This document shows positions 1-7,270 of a stretch of 64,000 nt of DNA, in pieces; within the stretch, counting starts at the first letter, position 1, and each line of letters begins with the position of its first letter. A model generated the notes under the pieces. The model was not told the origin of the DNA, made no database searches, and saw only the letters and a list, made by a program, of their open reading frames with translations. The translations under genes and the position numbers were made by a program. This DNA comes from a virus (taxonomy: Duplodnaviria > Caudoviricetes). The stretch lies in IMG/VR virus record IMGVR_UViG_3300042445_001485; one strand, given 5' to 3'.

Positions 1-455
1 TGGCTTTCTGCGGCAACCACACGGCTACGCAGACCCGAACTGGAGAACGAATGATCTCTGCCGTTGAACACTAGTTCAATCCCGCGCATTCCACATTCCT
101 CCATGCCAGAGAAATTTATATGTTGATATTCCACACCCAAGATGCGTACATCCACAGGCAAGATCAACAACAGGTCCCTAAGGTCCTGTTCAGTTTGATA
201 CACAACAACTTCGTCCACATAACGGCATGCGGCCAATTGTATTTGTCGTTCCACAATACTTTGTACAGGTTTGTTTTTGGTATCCGGGCGATCGATTGTG
301 GGATCTGTTTGCAAGCCACAAATTAGATAATCGCAATGATTCTTGGCTTCACTCAACATGGCAATATGTCCGGCATGGAGCATGTCGAATGTGCTGAATG
401 TTATACCAATTTTTTTACCTGCGTCTTTGAGTTCTCTAATGTGATTGAATATCAT
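1..455 (-). CDS. Cytidylyltransferase-family protein (TagD/glycerol-3-phosphate cytidylyltransferase-like), 3' end runs off the window
   Basis: Missing from the ORF track; manual translation from ATG at 455 gives MIFNHIRELKDAGKKIGITFSTFDMLHAGHIAMLSEAKNHCDYLICGLQTDP...RDHSFSSSGLR, with the HxGH motif and C-terminal SSS/T motif; ATGA overlap with the clpS stop. Confidence 0.9.
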   Translation of the reverse strand, partial: MIFNHIRELKDAGKKIGITFSTFDMLHAGHIAMLSEAKNHCDYLICGLQTDPTIDRPDTKNKPVQSIVERQIQLAACRYVDEVVVYQTEQDLRDLLLILPVDVRILGVEYQHINFSGMEECGMRGIELVFNGRDHSFSSSGLRSRVVAAES

Positions 456-763
456 GTTTCTATTTCAAGTTTGACACTCAGCGGGAATCCGTGACTGCGA
501 GCCAGCAAGGTGACTTCGACACCTTTTTGTTCTGCAATCTCATAGGGTAGTACTGCTACCACCGCCGATCCTGCTTCGTGAATCTTTTCTGTGATTGCCA
601 CAGCGGCCGATTCATCATAGTAAAACATTATCTTTAATGTTTCCACAACAAATTCCATGGTGGTTACTTCATCATTGATGTAGATCACTCTATATTGACT
701 AGGTTCTTTGAGTTTAACCTTAGGAGCAATCTTTGGTTTATTTTTAGTTTCAGGTTCTGCCAT
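452..763 (-). CDS. clpS: ATP-dependent Clp protease adaptor ClpS
   Basis: YRVIYINDEVTTMEFVV...IHEAGSAVVAVLPYEIAEQK...FPLSVKLE matches the ClpS core. Confidence 0.95.
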   Translation of the reverse strand: MAEPETKNKPKIAPKVKLKEPSQYRVIYINDEVTTMEFVVETLKIMFYYDESAAVAITEKIHEAGSAVVAVLPYEIAEQKGVEVTLLARSHGFPLSVKLEIET

Positions 764-778
764 AGTATAGTATTTAAC

Positions 779-805
779 ACAAGGGTGGATGAGTCCACCC
801 TTGCT
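779..805 (-). terminator. Stem-loop between the sHSP and clpS genes (probable terminator)
   Basis: caagggtgga-tgag-tccacccttg perfect inverted repeat. Confidence 0.55.
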
Positions 806-814
806 TAGATTATA

Positions 815-1258
815 TTACTTTGTGAAAGTAATTGCAATCTTTTTGGGCTTGTCTTCTTCAGGCACTAGTTGTTCTAGTGCAATAGAAAGAATACCGTTTT
901 TAACAGTGGCCCCACAAACTTCAATATGTTCTGCCAATGGAAATGTGCGAGCAAAATTGCGGGCACTAATACCTTTGTGTAGGTATTCAACTTCTGTTTC
1001 GTCTTTGGCTTTGTCGCCACGGACTGTCAAGATGTTGTCCTTTAGTTCTACATCAATTTCGCTGTCAGCAAAGCCAGCAACTGCCAACTCAATCACATAG
1101 TGTGTGTCGTCAATTTTGATTACATTATGTGGGGGATAGTTGCCATCGCTTTTGCTGTTGGCAAAAGTGCGATTTAACTGTGCAAACAATTGGTCAAAGC
1201 CAATGGCATGACGGTGTAGGCTAGGTAAATCGAGGGTGTGAAGTGTGAATTGTGTCAT
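815..1258 (-). CDS. Small heat-shock protein (Hsp20/IbpA family)
   Basis: AIGFDQLF, NYPPHNVIK, YVIELAVAGF, YLHKGISARNFARTF, NGILSIAL motifs; AAAGGAG RBS. Confidence 0.95.
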   Translation of the reverse strand: MTQFTLHTLDLPSLHRHAIGFDQLFAQLNRTFANSKSDGNYPPHNVIKIDDTHYVIELAVAGFADSEIDVELKDNILTVRGDKAKDETEVEYLHKGISARNFARTFPLAEHIEVCGATVKNGILSIALEQLVPEEDKPKKIAITFTK

Positions 1259-1331
1259 GTTGTTTCTCCTTTAATAAGCAAGTTATGACTTTTGTAATGT
1301 AGCCCCATAATGGGCGCTACATGTTTATTTA
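1259..1331 (-). promoter_or_regulatory. TAAATA late-type promoter plus structured 5' UTR of the sHSP gene (ROSE-like thermometer candidate)
   Basis: Minus strand TAAATA (1331-1326), hairpin GTAGCGCCC-ATTAT-GGGGCTAC, then CTTGCT-TATT-AAAGGAG placing UUGCU opposite the SD. Confidence 0.5.
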
Positions 1332-1349
1332 TTATACAGAAAAAATTAT

Positions 1350-1589
1350 TTAATACAACTTTTTTGGTAATTCTTGGTCACGCAACTTTTTACGCCAACG
1401 GGCCTGTGCCGCACCTCGTTTGCGTTTGCGTTCGGTTGTGGGTTTTTCAAAATGTTGGCGTTCTTTTATTTCTTCAAGTAGTCCCGACTCTTGGATTTTT
1501 TTCTTGAATTTGCGTAGAGCTTTATCCACTTGATCATTTTGAACAATTACGCTACATCCGCGAATTGGTTTTGGTTTGTAATATGACAT
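1350..1589 (-). CDS. rpsU: 30S ribosomal protein bS21
   Basis: VIVQNDQVDKALRKFKKKIQESGLLEEIKERQHFEKPTTERKRKRGAAQAR is a typical bS21 sequence. Confidence 0.95.
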   Translation of the reverse strand: MSYYKPKPIRGCSVIVQNDQVDKALRKFKKKIQESGLLEEIKERQHFEKPTTERKRKRGAAQARWRKKLRDQELPKKLY

Positions 1590-1600
1590 GTACTATTTAC

Positions 1601-3091
1601 TTAAATTTTACCTTGTTGTTGATTTTTTAAATATTCAGCTATTTGGGTTTGTTCTGTTTCACTGAGCTCGTCCGGATCGTACTCGCCCGAAGCAATTTTA
1701 TCTACCAGATGTTTGATATATGCTTCATTAAATACGTAGTTATCTGTTAGTGATTTATCACTTTCAACCCACTTGGACCCATTCCATTTGAACAATTTAC
1801 TGGGTAGATAATCTGTACGCAAAAACATGTCACCCTTGTTTGGCTTCAACGGAAACGATGTTCCGAAGTCAGCATTTGATGCGTTGCCTAAACTGGGATG
1901 ATTATCTGCTAGGGCACTTAATTCTGGAAACTGTTGTTTAAACGAGTCAATGCTATAACTACGGCCGTTATGCATTAAATGATCGCTGTTTGTTAAAAAT
2001 ACCAAGTTATCGTCGGGTGGTAGCGGTTCATCTAATGCCGCAACTTCCGCTTCAGTAAAAGGTCTAGTTTCAACAGCGGAAATCTCCCCAGGGGCGAGTA
2101 TAGCCATTGCGGCCGCATCTTCGTGTATGGCATGTGTGCTGGGTGGGGGTGGCGCCACCATGGGCATAAGATTCTTAAAATGTTCAAATGGCCGTTTTAA
2201 ATATGCCAAAGGGTCAAACTTAGTTTGAGGTTCATCGGGCTCGTTCTGAGCTATGGGCTCAGCGACTTCCGGCGCTGTTGGTGCCTCTACCGTTGGTTCA
2301 TCTAAAATTGATCCCGATTCTTTCTTGTCTCGTTCTTCTTGGGCCCACTTGATGCTTTGTTGTGCGGCTAGTATTAATACCAGTGCCAAGGGATCAAACA
2401 CCAGCACAATAATAATGATCACCAGCCTGACAGCTCGTTCTAATACATTCTGATCAGGATTGTCGCCATACACCAGGGCCGCTATGTATTTTATAGGACC
2501 GACTTCTGATTCGATCTTCCTGTTCTCTGCGGCGAGAGGTGCCCGGTCTTCATTAAGTTGACTAATTTTTTTCTGTTCGGCCTCGATCTCGGCTTGTAAA
2601 CGGGTTCGCTCTTTTTGCTGAGATCTGCGTATAGAGACTGCTTTATCGGCACCCTTTTCATCTGAGCTTCGGCCCATGACTTGATCCACTGCCTCATCAT
2701 ACTGTTTAAGAACTTTGCGGTTAGCATCGATATTGTCCCTTGCTATTTTGATTTTTTCATCGTATATGGCTACCCGGGCCATTGAATCACCTGATACTAA
2801 ACTTTGATCACTGTGTGCTTTACTCAGGAATCCAAAGATGCCCATGCTTGTTAACAGCATTAAGAATGCCACAGCCGGAACAAGATAAAACTTGTACAAC
2901 AGGCTGGCTCGTTCCCAATACATCTTTAGCCAAATAGCCGCAGTGACTTTGCCAACTTCTAGGCTGGCACCCATGATCATGATGGGGATCACAGCGGCTG
3001 AGAAAATGGCAGTTAGGCCTATAATACTGTAGTAGGCCGCAATGGCACTGATGATCAGTGCAACGATTAGAGTGAAGTATCCAAATATCAT
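1601..3091 (-). CDS. Membrane protein with N-terminal TM helices, coiled coil, second TM segment and C-terminal soluble domain
   Basis: Hydrophobic segments in the first ~90 aa and at ~aa 220-245, charged heptad region between; 496-aa ORF. Confidence 0.7.
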   Translation of the reverse strand: MIFGYFTLIVALIISAIAAYYSIIGLTAIFSAAVIPIMIMGASLEVGKVTAAIWLKMYWERASLLYKFYLVPAVAFLMLLTSMGIFGFLSKAHSDQSLVSGDSMARVAIYDEKIKIARDNIDANRKVLKQYDEAVDQVMGRSSDEKGADKAVSIRRSQQKERTRLQAEIEAEQKKISQLNEDRAPLAAENRKIESEVGPIKYIAALVYGDNPDQNVLERAVRLVIIIIVLVFDPLALVLILAAQQSIKWAQEERDKKESGSILDEPTVEAPTAPEVAEPIAQNEPDEPQTKFDPLAYLKRPFEHFKNLMPMVAPPPPSTHAIHEDAAAMAILAPGEISAVETRPFTEAEVAALDEPLPPDDNLVFLTNSDHLMHNGRSYSIDSFKQQFPELSALADNHPSLGNASNADFGTSFPLKPNKGDMFLRTDYLPSKLFKWNGSKWVESDKSLTDNYVFNEAYIKHLVDKIASGEYDPDELSETEQTQIAEYLKNQQQGKI

Positions 3092-3120
3092 AGTCGTATA
3101 TTTATAGGTTTTAGTCCTAT

Positions 3121-3149
3121 AGTATACGCAGATAAATGGGAGTTGTCAA
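3121..3149 (-). promoter_or_regulatory. sigma70-type promoter, followed by TATAAATA late-type motif
   Basis: TTGACA-17 bp-TATACT on the minus strand; CCTATAAATA about 15 nt downstream, just before the ATG at 3091. Confidence 0.7.
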
Positions 3150-3158
3150 TGATTATGG

Positions 3159-3310
3159 TTAATCTACTAACCAGGTTAAACCAATAGCAGACCTTGTTAA
3201 GGAGCCACCACTGCTGACAAACACACTGATTGTTTCGCCAGGTGCTAGTGTTAGATTATAATCCAACAGGTCAAATGTAGGTTGGTCGAGTTAGGATTTT
3301 GTACACCCAT
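3159..3310 (-). pseudogene. Probable internally deleted gene relic
   Basis: ATG at 3310 (TAATG overlap with upstream stop) reads MGVQNPNSTN, then a different frame reads PTFDLLDYNLTLAPGETISVFVSSGGSLTRSAIGLTWLVD-TAA ending at 3159; 152 nt, not a multiple of 3. Confidence 0.45.
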
Positions 3311-4170
3311 TATGCTTTAATACCAATAAAGAGTTGACTAGTACGATCAGCAGTCCATGTGTTGCTGTTAGTAGAACCATACCCATTATTGATTGCTGTT
3401 CTTACGGTGGCATTTAATGCAGAGGCATCCCAAACAGTAAGTACCACAATGTTACCACTGGCAACTCCGTTTAATGCGTTTGCCAACAAAGTTAAATCAC
3501 CAGCAACTCCATATGTGTCATAATTTGCTGTACTAACTAAATCACCATAAGAATCCAACACCACCATATTATGGCCTCTATCGCCAATATTCAATAGTTC
3601 AATGTCGTTTACAACTACTCTGCTATTCTGATATTCAGGTACATCCCATGTTGATGCATACACATAAATCTTATTACCACTCACATACTGTGTGGTTGTT
3701 AATGCCGCGGTTGTTCCAAATGCTTCGTAGAATGTAAATGCGGATACTGTTTCAATCCAAGGACGACCAGTAACAAGCCCGCCAACATTGGGATTGTCCA
3801 CGATAGAGTTGCCCGCAAATTGTGTGGGCAATGATGTAAGGTCATAAGTGGCTCTTGGTTTGCTTGATGCCGCCCGGTCTAGTGCGGCCAAATCTAATTT
3901 GGCTTTTTGTCTAATTTCTCTAGAAGCCAATCTGCCAATCTTGTTGTGTGTTCTTAGTGCTGTGCCAGTGATGATGCTCAAACTAGCAAGTGTGGCAGAT
4001 TCCGTCAAAATGGTTTCTGCCTTAGATATGTCGTACCAAGTAGAATTAAACCCACGGGCTGTGTTGATGGCTGTTTTTAACTGTGCCACGGTCTGACCAT
4101 TGTCGATGGTGTAGCTGTCATAAACGGCTGTGTTTAACAAGCTCTGTACTGTAATGGTGATATTGGCCAT
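3310..4170 (-). CDS. Putative virion protein: N-terminal ubiquitin-like (beta-grasp) domain, GRPW linker, C-terminal ILEI/FAM3-like lectin domain
   Basis: First ~80 aa follow ubiquitin spacing; C-terminal RGHNMVVLD..G....ANYDTY...LANALNGVASGNIVVLTVWDAS fits ILEI; TAAATA upstream. Confidence 0.6.
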   Translation of the reverse strand: MANITITVQSLLNTAVYDSYTIDNGQTVAQLKTAINTARGFNSTWYDISKAETILTESATLASLSIITGTALRTHNKIGRLASREIRQKAKLDLAALDRAASSKPRATYDLTSLPTQFAGNSIVDNPNVGGLVTGRPWIETVSAFTFYEAFGTTAALTTTQYVSGNKIYVYASTWDVPEYQNSRVVVNDIELLNIGDRGHNMVVLDSYGDLVSTANYDTYGVAGDLTLLANALNGVASGNIVVLTVWDASALNATVRTAINNGYGSTNSNTWTADRTSQLFIGIKA

Positions 4171-4222
4171 ATTTGTCCCTGTATAGGATATTTAGCCAAA
4201 AGACCACCCGCCGGGGCGGTGT

Positions 4223-4405
4223 TTACTGCACTACTGCTTGTAAGTATTCTTCACCAGCAACCTTAAGCATGGCAGTATGAGTTACCAATCTAGCAAATTC
4301 ATCAATTTCTTCAGCAGATGCATATATTTCTGGAAGTGTGCTGTGACATACTGCCCACAGGCGTTCAATGTCGGCTTCTGTTAACCAAGTATCAAATTCC
4401 ATCAT
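4223..4405 (-). CDS. Hypothetical protein
   Basis: 60-aa ORF, start overlaps the upstream stop (ATGA), followed by a hairpin near 4205-4225. Confidence 0.6.
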   Translation of the reverse strand: MMEFDTWLTEADIERLWAVCHSTLPEIYASAEEIDEFARLVTHTAMLKVAGEEYLQAVVQ

Positions 4406-4548
4406 TCTTCCACTCCGATCCTAATTAGAAAACCACGAGAGTTTCTTAACTTATCTAATTCAGAGAGTTCGTTGTCTGAACCCACTGTGGTCCAATTGGC
4501 GTATAATGCAACGATTGCAATAACTATGAAACCAATTGTTTCTTTCAT
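4402..4548 (-). CDS. Small hypothetical membrane protein (48 aa)
   Basis: Manual translation MKETIGFIVIAIVALYANWTTVGSDNELSELDKLRNSRGFLIRIGVEE; ATGA overlaps at both ends. Confidence 0.5.
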   Translation of the reverse strand: MKETIGFIVIAIVALYANWTTVGSDNELSELDKLRNSRGFLIRIGVEE

Positions 4549-5057
4549 TCTGCAACTCCAAACTGTTTTATCAATCGTGAGATATCGGTAATATCGTTTT
4601 TTGTAATATTAAACCATTCTCCTCTTACCCATTTTTTTTCAAAATGCTTGTGTAATTTTTTTTCAATAATATCTACTCGGTTCAGCAAGTCTGATTTCCA
4701 AACTAATTTAAGATCCAACCAATGCGCTGTCTGTAAAGATCTTTTTCTTTTATCTGTGTTTGATCCCGAAGTTATTCCAATTTTATAAGGTGTTCCTGGG
4801 ATATCTGGACCTATAACATAAATGGTTCCAGTAACAGCACCTGCCATGACCAATGTAGTTTTTTGACTACGAACTAGTCCTTTGGCCTTTATTGCGCTAC
4901 GCCATTGTGTGGCATATTGTTTGGCACAGGATTTACATTGGGGAATAGCAAGTTGATTCAAATTTTTAGCAACCTTCTTGAGACCGCTAGGAAAAAAATA
5001 CTCTTCTGTTGCTTCCAGTAACAGTTTACATTTTGAGCAGGTGTAATGTAATTTCAT
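4545..5057 (-). CDS. T5orf172/MUG113-type GIY-YIG-like endonuclease with N-terminal Cys-pair region
   Basis: IYVIG...YKIGIT...KRKRSLQT...IEKKLHKHF...RGEWF; start moved to MKLHYTCSKC (5057) because the longer ORF overlaps a separate small gene. Confidence 0.8.
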   Translation of the reverse strand: MKLHYTCSKCKLLLEATEEYFFPSGLKKVAKNLNQLAIPQCKSCAKQYATQWRSAIKAKGLVRSQKTTLVMAGAVTGTIYVIGPDIPGTPYKIGITSGSNTDKRKRSLQTAHWLDLKLVWKSDLLNRVDIIEKKLHKHFEKKWVRGEWFNITKNDITDISRLIKQFGVAE

Positions 5058-5058
5058 T

Positions 5059-5229
5059 CTAATTCCTATCCACTGGTAAACAAACATATTGTCGAGCAGT
5101 GGTATTGGGTTGTTTAGCAGATACACAATCCTGTTTGGTTCGATAATGCTCGACCACTTGATAATCCTTGATAGGACCATTATTGGATCCCGGAGACAAC
5201 AATACAACAACCAATACCCAATTGAGCAT
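5059..5229 (-). CDS. Small secreted/membrane protein (56 aa, two Cys)
   Basis: Manual translation MLNWVLVVVLLSPGSNNGPIKDYQVVEHYRTKQDCVSAKQPNTTARQYVCLPVDRN; abuts neighbours. Confidence 0.55.
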   Translation of the reverse strand: MLNWVLVVVLLSPGSNNGPIKDYQVVEHYRTKQDCVSAKQPNTTARQYVCLPVDRN

Positions 5230-5408
5230 CACAGACCTTTGATAAAGTCTATAACTGCACGGGCTTGAGTTAAATCCATGTCGGTGTCGTCTGCTGTTTT
5301 ATCTGCCGGACGGAATACATAGTGTGTATTCTTAATGGCATACAGACTGGTGTTGTTGGTGGGTACAACATTGAATCGGTCATAGCTCATTTGGCGTTTC
5401 TTGTTCAT
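5229..5408 (-). CDS. Hypothetical protein (59 aa)
   Basis: Manual translation MNKKRQMSYDRFNVVPTNNTSLYAIKNTHYVF...; AGGAG RBS upstream; TGATG overlap downstream. Confidence 0.55.
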   Translation of the reverse strand: MNKKRQMSYDRFNVVPTNNTSLYAIKNTHYVFRPADKTADDTDMDLTQARAVIDFIKGL

Positions 5409-5417
5409 ACTTGCTCC

Positions 5418-5798
5418 TTAGGTGATTAAAATATGTTTCTGGTTGGCTCGGTCGCTGTACAACTGGTTGCCACGCTCACGAATCATGTCGGCCGCTGTCT
5501 GCGGTGTGGACTCAAACAGGTCACGCAAATCTTGTTGAGTAATACCACGGTCTGTTGTTACTGTATAAATTTCGTAATGTCGCTGTGGGTTTTTTCGGGC
5601 TCGCATGATCATCATACCAACCATTTGGTTGACTTTTACCAGGTGTTCATTGCGTGGTACTGTGTCTGGATCGCGGATTATGTCGAACAGTTTTTCTTGT
5701 TCAAATGTTTCTGAGCGATCACGGTCTTGTGTAATGTCAACACAGGCTTCAAGTCCGGTGTTGTCCCAACTAAGAATAAAAAGATTTTGTTTCTTCAT
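5418..5798 (-). CDS. Hypothetical early protein
   Basis: ORF; start placed at MKKQNLF just downstream of a TTGACT-17-TACAAT promoter. Confidence 0.65.
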   Translation of the reverse strand: MKKQNLFILSWDNTGLEACVDITQDRDRSETFEQEKLFDIIRDPDTVPRNEHLVKVNQMVGMMIMRARKNPQRHYEIYTVTTDRGITQQDLRDLFESTPQTAADMIRERGNQLYSDRANQKHILIT

Positions 5799-5804
5799 AG
5801 TGCT

Positions 5805-5833
5805 ATTGTACAATAGATGCCATTGTTAGTCAA
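5805..5833 (-). promoter_or_regulatory. sigma70-type early promoter
   Basis: TTGACT-17 bp-TACAAT; the -10 sits in the palindrome CTATTGTACAATAG. Confidence 0.7.
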
Positions 5834-6224
5834 TGGCTCTACGGAACACAATTTCCTGTCGTGCAAAGGCTTCTTGTTCCCAGGGTTGATCCAAATACGG
5901 AGTGCGTCTTGAGTAGAACTTGCCACACCATTTTTTACCTCGTGGTGTTATCTTTAATATACCTTTGGCCATTTGACGCACATGCACCAATTCATGTGCA
6001 AGTGTTACTCCCAATTCCAGGCAATTGCGTTTGGGCTTTAACACAACCAAAACGGTATCTATGCCTGTCATTGGCACTGTGGTGCCGTGGTCTTTGAGAT
6101 CACGATCTACTTTAATCATTAAAAATTTACGGCTACTGTCCAACCCAAGTTGGGTCAGCATACTGGGCAGTACCGCTTCAATAAATCGTCGAGTCTTGGG
6201 GCCTGCTTCAACATGGAATTCCAT
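5826..6224 (-). CDS. Zn-metallopeptidase-like protein (HExxH)
   Basis: TLAHELVHVRQ and PWEQEAF motifs. Confidence 0.7.
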   Translation of the reverse strand: MEFHVEAGPKTRRFIEAVLPSMLTQLGLDSSRKFLMIKVDRDLKDHGTTVPMTGIDTVLVVLKPKRNCLELGVTLAHELVHVRQMAKGILKITPRGKKWCGKFYSRRTPYLDQPWEQEAFARQEIVFRRAID

Positions 6225-6234
6225 TGTGTGTTCC

Positions 6235-6561
6235 TTAGTGGCTGTTCAGAGCAGGATTAAATTCGGCAATCAATTCACGCTCACGAGCATGAGCAGGCTT
6301 GCGTCCACGCACAAACTCCACAATGCCGTAAGTGTGAGCCAATGTGCCGTATTCGCGAATTGACTTACACAAAGCCCAATCTTTGTTTTCTGTAACTGCA
6401 CGGCGTACATGTTTCTGCATACGCACTTTTAGAGCTTTACGAACTTGTTGTCCGCAAACTGTAATACCAATGTATTGTTGGCCTGTTGTTGTATTGGTAA
6501 TACAGTAAACGACATGCTTGGTATCTTGGCGTCTTTTTCGGGGTTGCTTTTTAAGTTCCAT
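6235..6561 (-). CDS. Small GIY-YIG nuclease-domain protein
   Basis: HVVYCITNTTTGQQYIGIT...RMQKH...AHARERELI. Confidence 0.75.
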   Translation of the reverse strand: MELKKQPRKRRQDTKHVVYCITNTTTGQQYIGITVCGQQVRKALKVRMQKHVRRAVTENKDWALCKSIREYGTLAHTYGIVEFVRGRKPAHARERELIAEFNPALNSH

Positions 6562-6567
6562 ACAAGT

Positions 6568-6596
6568 ATTATAGCAATGATTCCTTTTTCGGACAA
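6568..6596 (-). promoter_or_regulatory. sigma70-type early promoter
   Basis: TTGTCC-17 bp-TATAAT followed by ACTTGTATG. Confidence 0.7.
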
Positions 6597-6607
6597 ATTT
6601 CGGCCAT

Positions 6608-6684
6608 AAAAAAAGTACTACAAAAGTAGTACTTTTTGAGCCCTAAAAGTAGTACTTTTTATGTAGTACTTTAGTATTACTTTT
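6608..6684. repeat. Array of about five AAAAGTA(G/C)TACTTTT near-palindromes
   Basis: aaaagtactac, aaaagtagtacttttt twice, gtagtacttt, agtattactttt. Confidence 0.8.
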
Positions 6685-6910
6685 AGTGCAGAGTTGCGTC
6701 ATTGTCAATGTCGTCTATGTCCCTGACCCCAAATATTTTCAATATTCTTTGTACACTTTTAGGTGCAGTAAAGGATCCAGTTTCGGGTAACAATACGCTT
6801 TTTAATTTGCCATCGGGGCTAATAATAAAAGCATAGTCCTCGTCTGCCCAATCTACTTCATTAAGAAATTCGTCAATTTCTTCTTCCGACTCTCGCGTGA
6901 CCTTGGACAT
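6683..6910 (-). CDS. Hypothetical acidic protein
   Basis: 75-aa ORF with GGAGG RBS. Confidence 0.65.
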   Translation of the reverse strand: MSKVTRESEEEIDEFLNEVDWADEDYAFIISPDGKLKSVLLPETGSFTAPKSVQRILKIFGVRDIDDIDNDATLH

Positions 6911-6934
6911 GTCTGTCCTCCTTGTTATTATTAT

Positions 6935-7267
6935 TTACTTAAAAAGTATCATTGCCATTATGGTTGCTTGAGCAATAAACCCAATTCCGATTGTGACAAT
7001 ATTCAGGGTGTCTTTGAGAATCACTGCACGGCCAAACAGCAGTACAAGTCCGGCCCACATGAACAGCACAATGTCCAGTCCTGGAGTGCGATCACTGAGC
7101 CCGGTCAACAGAGCCAACAAACTGGGAACTGTGGCACAATGTATCACTATTGCGGCCAACCAACCCAGGGTGTCTGCTGAGATTTTACCAAAATGATCTT
7201 CAAAAAACTTGATGATGTTGAATTTAACTTTGGCCACAGTGAATAGATTCATGTCAGGAAATTTCAT
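6935..7267 (-). CDS. Hypothetical membrane protein (about 3 TM helices)
   Basis: Three hydrophobic segments; directly downstream of the cell-wall hydrolase. Confidence 0.7.
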   Translation of the reverse strand: MKFPDMNLFTVAKVKFNIIKFFEDHFGKISADTLGWLAAIVIHCATVPSLLALLTGLSDRTPGLDIVLFMWAGLVLLFGRAVILKDTLNIVTIGIGFIAQATIMAMILFK

Positions 7268-7270
7268 TGC

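Noticed and set aside
5058-5210. N-terminal extension of the T5orf172 ORF in the track
   Set aside because: Overlaps a separate, well-coupled 56-aa gene in another frame; the true start is more likely 5057.
6608-6684. Repeat array as a possible CRISPR or mini-CRISPR
   Set aside because: Units are about 15 bp with 0-8 bp irregular gaps; there are no spacer-length unique sequences. The Cas4-like exonuclease is a common stand-alone phage gene 10 kb away.
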